Assembly: GCA_963732435.1 (NCBI GenBank)
Contig: CAVSZL010000008.1
Span: 164,963 to 228,962 of the forward strand
Reading direction: 5' to 3'
From: an uncultured Bacteroidales bacterium
GTDB lineage: Bacteria; Bacteroidota; Bacteroidia; Bacteroidales; VadinHA17
Length of the DNA: 64,000 bases
The notes beneath the pieces are model-generated. The model made no database searches, was not told the DNA's origin, and saw only the letters and a list, made by a program, of their open reading frames with translations. The position numbers and the translations under genes are program-made. Of this stretch, positions 47,349-54,644 are shown piece after piece. The stretch's first letter is position 1. Every line of letters starts with the position of its first letter.

Positions 47349-48962
47349 ATGCGTTTAAAACTATTGTTGCCCATTGTTTTTATCCTAATTCATGCATTTG
47401 CATACACACAAAGCCTCCAGGTAAAAGATTCCTCACCGGCTGCAGGTGATTTCAGAGTTATTTATGAAGTTCTTGCATCTGACCGGATGGAAGGGCGTGA
47501 AACAGGGACCAGGGGTGCCTTAATGGCTGCATCTTTTATTGCATCAATGATGCAAACAACAGAAATCCTTCCTTTTGGTAATAAGTGGATACTCAATCCA
47601 CCGGAAACAGGACAGAGCAGTTATTATCAGGATTTTAAGTTAATAAAGTATAAGAATGAAGTATTAAGTTTTTCACTGATAAAAAAATGGAACGGTACTG
47701 ACTCATTAATAACCTTTGAAACTGATTCTGATTTTAAGGTGATTTCGGGGCCAAATAACATAACCGTGAATGCCCCGCTTGTTTTTGCAGGATATGGATT
47801 GACCATATCTGAAATTGATTACAATGATTATGAATCAATCAATGTTAAAGGGAAAATTGTTTTATTGTTAGAAGGATTCCCTGGTCATTCTGAGAAGAGT
47901 TCGAGAGGTTGGAAAAAACTAAATAAATCGACTATCACTGATAACCTTAAGGATACTAAAATGAAAAACGCCTTCTTAAATGGAGCGAAGGGAATTGTTG
48001 AGATAAATATGGAAGGAATTAAAAGCATTACAGAAATCTCAAATCGAAAAAAAAGTACCACGAATATTCCATTGGCGGTCCAGAAAGAAGATTCTTTTAT
48101 CTATACAGATGCTGAATATGAGCTTCTTATAGATTCTGTTAATCAGCGTATTCCGGTATTCAATATTTCAGCATTAAACCTTCCATGGCTAACCGAAATG
48201 GGAGTTGATTTTATTGATTATGAGAAAAGAGCAGCAAAACTTCAGGTCGATGAGATGCCCCGGATTAAAGATCTGAATATCAGATTTGCCATAAAAAATG
48301 AAAAGGAGAACCTGTCAGTTCAAAACATTATAGGCATATTGCCGGGAAAGGATACAACCAGATATATTATTCTGGGAGCTCATTATGATCATCTTGGGAA
48401 ACGGGGAGATATGATTTATTATGGTGCTGATGATAATGCATCTGGAGTTGCAGGTTTGCTTGCACTGGCAGATACCTGGGCCAAAAAAGGAATACAACCC
48501 GAAGTCAATATTATTTTTGCCTCCTGGACAGCCGAAGAAAAGGGATTGCTTGGCAGTAATTATTTCGTCAATTCACTTAAAATACCTCATGAAAGTATTC
48601 TTCTGTATGTAAATATGGATATGATTTCAAGAAGTGTAGCTGAAGATACTGAAGGATTGCAACTCAGCATCGGAACCAGAAGGAGTGATGAAAATCTCCG
48701 TGAGTTGATGAAAAACATAAATGCATCCTTAATGGAACCATTTAAACTTGATCTCTGGGATGTTACCGGCCGGTCGGGTAGTGATTATGCGTCATTTACC
48801 GGAAAAGAAATACCGATTTTGACCTTTAATACGGGTTTGCATAACGATTATCATACAACTCAGGATATTGCATCAAAAGCTGATTTCAGAAAAATGGGAA
48901 ATGTACTTAAGCTGATAAATGAGTCACTTCAACTCTTTATGGAAAACGTAAAGGGTAATTAG
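47349..48962 (+). CDS. M28-family aminopeptidase with PA domain
   Basis: Signal peptide. Motifs GAHYDHLG, GADDNASGVAGLLALA, EEKGLLGS, and DYHT near the C-terminus. Confidence 0.85.
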   Translation: MRLKLLLPIVFILIHAFAYTQSLQVKDSSPAAGDFRVIYEVLASDRMEGRETGTRGALMAASFIASMMQTTEILPFGNKWILNPPETGQSSYYQDFKLIKYKNEVLSFSLIKKWNGTDSLITFETDSDFKVISGPNNITVNAPLVFAGYGLTISEIDYNDYESINVKGKIVLLLEGFPGHSEKSSRGWKKLNKSTITDNLKDTKMKNAFLNGAKGIVEINMEGIKSITEISNRKKSTTNIPLAVQKEDSFIYTDAEYELLIDSVNQRIPVFNISALNLPWLTEMGVDFIDYEKRAAKLQVDEMPRIKDLNIRFAIKNEKENLSVQNIIGILPGKDTTRYIILGAHYDHLGKRGDMIYYGADDNASGVAGLLALADTWAKKGIQPEVNIIFASWTAEEKGLLGSNYFVNSLKIPHESILLYVNMDMISRSVAEDTEGLQLSIGTRRSDENLRELMKNINASLMEPFKLDLWDVTGRSGSDYASFTGKEIPILTFNTGLHNDYHTTQDIASKADFRKMGNVLKLINESLQLFMENVKGN

Positions 48963-48969
48963 TTTTATG

Positions 48970-50079
48970 TTATCCTTTTTGTTCGCAGCTCCTTACAGTG
49001 ACTTTATTAATAGTTTTCATATTTATTTCGACACCAATACCCGGATTAACCGGCACATCCATTGTCCCATCGGAATTAATAACAAATTCAGGCTCGACTA
49101 TATCCTCCTTGTAGTATCTTTTACTGGCTGAGATATCTCCCGGCAAGGTAAAATTAAATAATGATGCCAGCGCTACATTTCCGGCGCGTCCGATTCCCGA
49201 CTCAAGCATCCCTCCACACCACACAGGTATATTCTTGGAAGCGCAGTAATCATGAATCAGTTTAGATTCGGTAAAACCTCCGACTCTTCCGGGTTTTATA
49301 TTGATGATCCTGCAACTGTCAAGTTCAATTGCAGCACGCGTATCATCAAGAGAGTGGATACTTTCATCAAGACAGACAGGTGTTTTTAATTCCCGCTGAA
49401 GCTTTGAATGATCATAAATATCTTCATAACCAAGAGGTTGTTCGATAAGGATCAGGTTATATTTATCCATTTCCTTAAACAACTCAATATGATCAAGCGT
49501 ATAGGCAGAATTCGCGTCAACCTGAAGCATTATTGCAGGAAATCTTGTACGAAGCGCTTCCACATACCGGATATCAAAACCCGGAGCTATTTTGATTTTT
49601 ATGCGTTTATAACCTTCGGCCAGGTAACCTTCAACTTTATGTATTAACTCTGATTCAGACGATTGAATACCTATACTGACACCGACATCAATTCTTTTGC
49701 GTGTCCCGCCTATCATGCTGGAAAGAGAAATATTTTCCGATTTTGCGAATGCATCCCACAGCGCCGCTTCCAGTCCTGCTTTTGCCATCATGTGCCCCCG
49801 AACCTTTGAATAGCATGCAATAGCTTCACTAACATTGTTAAGATCTTTTCCGAGAATTGAGGGAATTAAAAAGTCATTCAGGATATGCCAGGCTGTCTGC
49901 ACTGTTTCATAGGAATAGAATGGGGTTCCTTCAGCCACACACTCACCCCATCCTGTAATACCTCCGGCATCGACCCTGACAATTATATGCTCCTCATCAT
50001 ACTCTGTACCCATGGAGGTCACAAACGGACTAACCAGATCCATTTTAATATGCCGGAGTTGAATTCTTTCTATTCGCAT
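48970..50079 (-). CDS. Enolase-superfamily enzyme of the o-succinylbenzoate synthase / N-succinylamino acid racemase (OSBS/NSAR) type
   Basis: KIKIAPG (KxK), QVDANSAY, IEQPL, LDES, NIKPGRVGG, WCGGMLESGIGRA, PGDISAS.RYY are the signature blocks of MenC/NAAAR-type enzymes. Confidence 0.85.
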   Translation of the reverse strand: MRIERIQLRHIKMDLVSPFVTSMGTEYDEEHIIVRVDAGGITGWGECVAEGTPFYSYETVQTAWHILNDFLIPSILGKDLNNVSEAIACYSKVRGHMMAKAGLEAALWDAFAKSENISLSSMIGGTRKRIDVGVSIGIQSSESELIHKVEGYLAEGYKRIKIKIAPGFDIRYVEALRTRFPAIMLQVDANSAYTLDHIELFKEMDKYNLILIEQPLGYEDIYDHSKLQRELKTPVCLDESIHSLDDTRAAIELDSCRIINIKPGRVGGFTESKLIHDYCASKNIPVWCGGMLESGIGRAGNVALASLFNFTLPGDISASKRYYKEDIVEPEFVINSDGTMDVPVNPGIGVEINMKTINKVTVRSCEQKG

Positions 50080-50117
50080 GTTTTTATCAGGTATGAAATT
50101 AAAACTTAAATTATCTG

Positions 50118-51614
50118 TTATTTAGTAACGCGAAGTACAGGAAAATACCCGGAGACCTTTACTAAATCGGAGAATTCCGTATATGTACTTAATCCAATCA
50201 TCGATTTGGGTTCCAGGGCAAGAACGATCAGGTTACTTTTTACCTGTCCGGCAGGAATAAAGTTATAATCTGAGGGTTTAATAGTTCCATTGAAAATGCT
50301 TACCTCAAGAGATGGATCAATAACAGTATCTCCTTCAAAATCAATTGAATCTAAGCGATTAATGAAATACTGCTCAATATGATGTTCATTTGAAGGCTTA
50401 TACTCACCAACTATAAACTGATGTCTTTTTATCCAATTATTTAATGCCTGATTGTTTTTTGGGAAAAGATAACCATAAGGTCTTGTAACATTGGTTATGG
50501 ATTTTACAACAGGTCTGTAGTCATGAACTATTACAACCGAGTCGGTTTTTGAGAAATAGGAATATAGAGGAATAGAGAGCTTTTCCCCTGTGGCGGAATG
50601 TTCAGCCTGGATCGATATATTGTTGTCAGCATTTCCGTTTATGAGCTTTTCGCGTTCAAGAGAAACAATTTTTTTAATCTCGTCCTTATGATCAAAAGCA
50701 TACTTCAGAATAGCAAGCATGCCTGTCATCTGTCCGGAGGCACGGTGTTTTAAATTCTCAGCATAGTTATCTCTTCCGTTCATACCTTCCTGAATAAAAG
50801 AGAAAGTGGACTGAATACCAAAGCTTTGACGACCATCATTTATATCAAAAGTACTGTGTCTGATATAATTTATCTCAGGTGGTCCTCCGGGGCAGTAGAT
50901 AAATGAAGAGAATCCATTATCTTTCAGTTGTTTAAGGACATAAGGGACAATTTTGTCATTTGAGATGTCCCTGATATCCTTTGAAATATTATTATTGGTT
51001 GCAACACCCAGTGTAATATCGAAGTTCTTTCTGTATCCGTATTTTTCCCAGGTTTCGCCATAGGGATCGTATTCATGAACATCCAGGTTCACCTCAAACA
51101 TATATTTGTCAAAAAACCTGTGCAACGCAAGTATTTCAGGTTCTGTTAGTATCAGGTGGTTTCTGTTCAGGTCAATATCATTTCCATTCCTGCGACTATT
51201 GAGTTCAGATCCATCAGGATTCATCTGGGGTATAAGCACAAAATCGATTTTGTCGAAAAGATATCTGTTTTCAGGTTTTAACAATTCAACCGCAAGCATT
51301 AAAGCCCCTTCCTTACCTGATTGTTCATTTCCATGTTGTTGTGCAAAGAAAATAACCCTTATTCTGGACTTATCCTTACCGAATCTGCCGGCGGAAAATT
51401 TCATTGCGTAGATATTTCGATTCTGCAAAGATTGGCCAATTACTTCAACATCTAAAATATCACTTTCCTTATCCATTTTTTCCACTAAGGAACTTAGTTC
51501 ATCATAAGATGTGGGTTTTTGAAAATTATTTTTTTCGAGAGGAAGAGTTATTTGCGGGGAATGGCTCTTACAGGCGAGAAGCATCAATAAGATAACGGTA
51601 AAATATTTTTGCAT
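50118..51614 (-). CDS. M14-family zinc carboxypeptidase, lipoprotein
   Basis: The internal ATG at 51614 gives MQKYFTVILLMLLAC (lipobox). The M14 zinc motif is QQHGNEQSG, with a later DVHEY. Confidence 0.85.
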   Translation of the reverse strand: MQKYFTVILLMLLACKSHSPQITLPLEKNNFQKPTSYDELSSLVEKMDKESDILDVEVIGQSLQNRNIYAMKFSAGRFGKDKSRIRVIFFAQQHGNEQSGKEGALMLAVELLKPENRYLFDKIDFVLIPQMNPDGSELNSRRNGNDIDLNRNHLILTEPEILALHRFFDKYMFEVNLDVHEYDPYGETWEKYGYRKNFDITLGVATNNNISKDIRDISNDKIVPYVLKQLKDNGFSSFIYCPGGPPEINYIRHSTFDINDGRQSFGIQSTFSFIQEGMNGRDNYAENLKHRASGQMTGMLAILKYAFDHKDEIKKIVSLEREKLINGNADNNISIQAEHSATGEKLSIPLYSYFSKTDSVVIVHDYRPVVKSITNVTRPYGYLFPKNNQALNNWIKRHQFIVGEYKPSNEHHIEQYFINRLDSIDFEGDTVIDPSLEVSIFNGTIKPSDYNFIPAGQVKSNLIVLALEPKSMIGLSTYTEFSDLVKVSGYFPVLRVTK

Positions 51615-51704
51615 CTTGAAAATAAATTTGTGTAGTTTTTTACAAACATCCGGGTTTTGCATTTTGTAATCTGAACATTTTTAGCCCTATAACCAGCTTT
51701 CTAA

Positions 51705-52604
51705 TTACATTTCGCCGACACTCACTTCAACCTGGGCCTCCTGTATTATCTCATTATTATAATTTACCTGTGGTTTTATAATTCTGGTAATTATCTGTTC
51801 ACCCTGCTTAAGGGTTTTATCGGGCTTAAATTTTGCAGATACCTTCATCCCCTTATCATAAGGTTTATTTAGCAGTTCAACCATTTCATAACCATTTTCC
51901 CTGAAATTATCCTGTATACGATCAACCGCAAATTCGAGTTGTTTTAATCCTTTGGTTTCCGGATCCATACCGCTTAAATTCTTTTGAATACGGATAATTT
52001 CATCTGCAACTTTCAGAGCAAGCGAATGGTCAATATTCTCTGATTCAGTTTGTTCAGGAGTATTCATCTTTTTTTGAAAATCAAGTGACCAGAACAACTG
52101 ATTATCAATTTTTATGATCTCTTCCCGGATACCTTCAGATGACTTTTTAATCTGGTCTGACAATTCCGTTTTTACCTTAATTAACCTGTTTTTTTGCAAG
52201 CCGAAAAGAATTAAGGGAATCAATGTTATTAAGACAATGACAAGGATCCAATACAGATTATTACGGTTCATTCTTTTGTATAAAGCAGAAAAATCAGATT
52301 CTGATTTTTCGCTTAATTGCCGGATCTGCAATTCAAATTTATTTGCCAGTGCCTCTATGCTATTGTTGGTAAGAACCAATTCTTTTTTCACGACCTCAAC
52401 ACTATCGGCGGCAGATATGAGTCTTTGTTCAAGTTTTCTGATGTTTGAATTGACTGAATTGATCTGTTTTGACAGTCTGGAATTCATGTTTTCAAGATCC
52501 ATAATCTTGCGTTGAAGCTCTTGTATTGTATCATTCTTAGTCTGAGCAACAGAAAAAGTGCAAAAAACTGCAAATACTCCTATTATTAATATCGCTTTCT
52601 TCAT
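51705..52604 (-). CDS. Bitopic membrane protein: signal/anchor, extracytoplasmic coiled coil, TM, cytoplasmic GrpE-like C-terminal domain (tentative)
   Basis: Has a signal peptide, a coiled coil (aa 25-110), a TM (LYWILVIVLITLIPLILFGL) and a C-terminal ...ENGYEMVELLNKPYDKGMKVSAKF...QGEQIITRIIKPQVNYNNEIIQEAQVEVS. That C-terminus is colinear with the GrpE pattern G-V-x-x-I...FDP..H.A...V..V.q.GY......R.A.V.V. Confidence 0.45.
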   Translation of the reverse strand: MKKAILIIGVFAVFCTFSVAQTKNDTIQELQRKIMDLENMNSRLSKQINSVNSNIRKLEQRLISAADSVEVVKKELVLTNNSIEALANKFELQIRQLSEKSESDFSALYKRMNRNNLYWILVIVLITLIPLILFGLQKNRLIKVKTELSDQIKKSSEGIREEIIKIDNQLFWSLDFQKKMNTPEQTESENIDHSLALKVADEIIRIQKNLSGMDPETKGLKQLEFAVDRIQDNFRENGYEMVELLNKPYDKGMKVSAKFKPDKTLKQGEQIITRIIKPQVNYNNEIIQEAQVEVSVGEM

Positions 52605-52809
52605 TTTACCGGACTTAAAATTATTCTAAACAATTTTTTAAAGTTAATTATATAATAGTTTGTTTATCAACTGGTTTATTAATTGTTTTCTTAAAACAGG
52701 CTGTTAAGATCAAACCAGAGAATATTCCAAAAATAATCTATTTGGATGGATTTAACAGTAAACAATTTTAATAAGTAGCTTCCAGGGAAGTCTGATAAGT
52801 CCCGGAAAG

Positions 52810-53268
52810 TCAGATAAGGATTGTTGATTCCCTGACTATTTTGCCTTTACTGTTGGTAGCGTGAGTTTTAACGGCAACGTTAAATTTTACATTATGGATC
52901 TTATCCTTCAGAACCTCAACTATATTTTGGACATCATCTGTAATTCCATCTTTATAATCTTCAATTTCAAAGTACAGATGAACATAAAGAATAGCTCCTT
53001 TCATCTCAATATTACTTAAGGCCAGAATAATCTTAATTATCCAGATGAGTGATGAAGAATTGAAATATTCAAGTTTCAAATGAAGATTTGTGGCTAAGCA
53101 GGGAGATTTTACATATTCATTTATCCAGGCAAGTAAAGGCTCATATACTTTTGCAGTATCTTCCGGGATCGATCTGCCTTCCAGCACAAGTTCCCCTATA
53201 ATATGGGTAAATTCAATCTTAGGTGTTTTACCTGTTCCTTCAACATATAACCCTTTTAATTCATTCAT
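52810..53268 (-). CDS. DUF1987 (SiaC-like) domain protein
   Basis: TPKIEFTHIIGELVLEGRSIPEDTAKVYEPLLAWINEY...LHLKLEYFNSSS is the DUF1987 hallmark. 152 aa. Confidence 0.7.
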   Translation of the reverse strand: MNELKGLYVEGTGKTPKIEFTHIIGELVLEGRSIPEDTAKVYEPLLAWINEYVKSPCLATNLHLKLEYFNSSSLIWIIKIILALSNIEMKGAILYVHLYFEIEDYKDGITDDVQNIVEVLKDKIHNVKFNVAVKTHATNSKGKIVRESTILI

Positions 53269-53429
53269 GCCGGAAAATATTCTGGATATAAGTATAATGC
53301 TTGTTTCAACTAAAATTAGTTCATACCTGTCTAATCAAGAGATAGAGTAATTAACATATGCATATAAATTGTTAACATAAAAGTACGCTTTCAGGATGAC
53401 ATTTCTTAAATATTTTACTGATGCTGATC

Positions 53430-53761
53430 AGGGTGATATAAAATTATTCAGATGCTTGATCAACGTTATCCAATTACTTAGGAGCCTCAACTGGCGACAA
53501 ACTGAAAGAAACTGGAACAGCACATTTGGCAAGTCTAAACATTTGAGCAACTAACGAAACAGGTTTTATTGCTATTCGGGAGGCCTCATTTCCTGGGATG
53601 GATATTTCTTAACCTTTCCATATATTGCTCGTTGGTGGAGTCCTACAGAGGCATTGCCAGTAGTAGCTCGAGGCAGAACAGTACTTAACTCTGGTGTTAA
53701 TGTAATTAGCAACTTACTCGATGAAAAAGATGGTAATTCTGTCCGTTGTACAAATGATTAA
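53430..53761 (+). pseudogene. Decayed FISUMP-type (Fibrobacter succinogenes major paralogous domain, TIGR02145-like) gene
   Basis: Pieces in three frames: SNYLGASTGDKLKETGTAH...N-I-TGA-ATNETGFIAI (in-frame TGA at 53544..53546), a frame change near 53573, then ...GGLISWDGYFLTFPYIARWWSPTEALPVVARGRTVLNSGVNVISNLLDEKDGNSVRCTND* (stop 53759..53761). Confidence 0.6.
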
Positions 53762-53790
53762 TTAACCACTTGTAAAAGTATTACTCTAAA

Positions 53791-53815
53791 AGCCCTCGGA
53801 TTAATTCCGGGGGCT
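53791..53815 (+). terminator. 10-bp stem-loop after the decayed gene
   Basis: AGCCCTCGGA-ttaat-TCCGGGGGCT (one G-U pair) followed by a T-rich sequence. Confidence 0.6.
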
Positions 53816-53926
53816 TACTGTTTATTGGATTTGCTTATGCCTGGTGACTAAAATTTCAAAATTTCAATGTACTTATGAAATTTTGCTCTTTTTAGAACCG
53901 GCGCCCCTATGGGCAAGTATAAAGAA

Positions 53927-53975
53927 TGTAAACGAACTATTGATTCAATATTTTGCATAGAAAGTGTAAACGAAC
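53927..53975. repeat. Direct repeat TGTAAACGAAC x2, 38 bp apart
   Basis: Copies at 53927..53937 and 53965..53975, each preceded by AAAG. Located in an AT-rich non-coding gap. Confidence 0.5.
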
Positions 53976-54205
53976 GTGTGACATAATACATTTTGGCCTT
54001 AATAATATTAAATCATAAATAGCCTGGATGTAAATTAATTCTGATGTCTGTTATTGAATACTAATTGTAAAATTATGATTTATTGCGGAGAATGCTTTAT
54101 TTGAAGTCTATTGTGTGATGTGAGATTGACCATTATGGTTAATAAAAAGTTAATATAATAATCATAATATATTTATACAAACATTTGTTTTATTTTTGCT
54201 TGATT

Positions 54206-54514
54206 ATGAATAAAGTCAGACGGATTTTTATAAGCCTGCTGGTTATTTTTATCTCCTTCTTAATCATTGATGAAGGTAGAACTATAATGACTATTAGTGA
54301 TAATATAGAAATCCATCTTAACCATAATCAAAATAAGGAACTTGAAATACCTCATCAGCATAATATTAATAGATGCGATGTTGAGAAATGGATCAACTTA
54401 AATTCCATTAGATTTTCATGTTTATCTGCAAAGCTTTTGCTTTTCCCCAATTATCTTAAAAAAGGAACGGAAGACTATACAGGATTCGTTTGGCAACCTC
54501 CAAAATCCCTATAG
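54206..54514 (+). CDS. Hypothetical small membrane-anchored protein
   Basis: The ATG at 54206 gives MNKVRRIFISLLVIFISFLIIDEG..., one TM. No recognisable family. AT-rich context, so coding status is uncertain. Confidence 0.3.
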   Translation: MNKVRRIFISLLVIFISFLIIDEGRTIMTISDNIEIHLNHNQNKELEIPHQHNINRCDVEKWINLNSIRFSCLSAKLLLFPNYLKKGTEDYTGFVWQPPKSL

Positions 54515-54644
54515 AAACATTTCTTATTATAAGAATTTTCGTTAAAACAGCTTATGTATTATATTAACATTTATGATGTCTTATGGACTGCATATTTATC
54601 TCTCAATTGTGTATTGATACGGACTTAAAAATAAACTTATTAAA

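Noticed and set aside
53544-53546. A TGA sits exactly where FISUMP-type domains have a conserved Gly. This raised the idea of UGA-to-Gly recoding (genetic code 25).
   Set aside because: All other genes in the window give long intact ORFs under the standard code, and at least one ends in TGA (60910..60912). The same locus also carries frameshifts and an N-terminal deletion. A simple GGA-to-TGA nonsense mutation in a pseudogene explains it.
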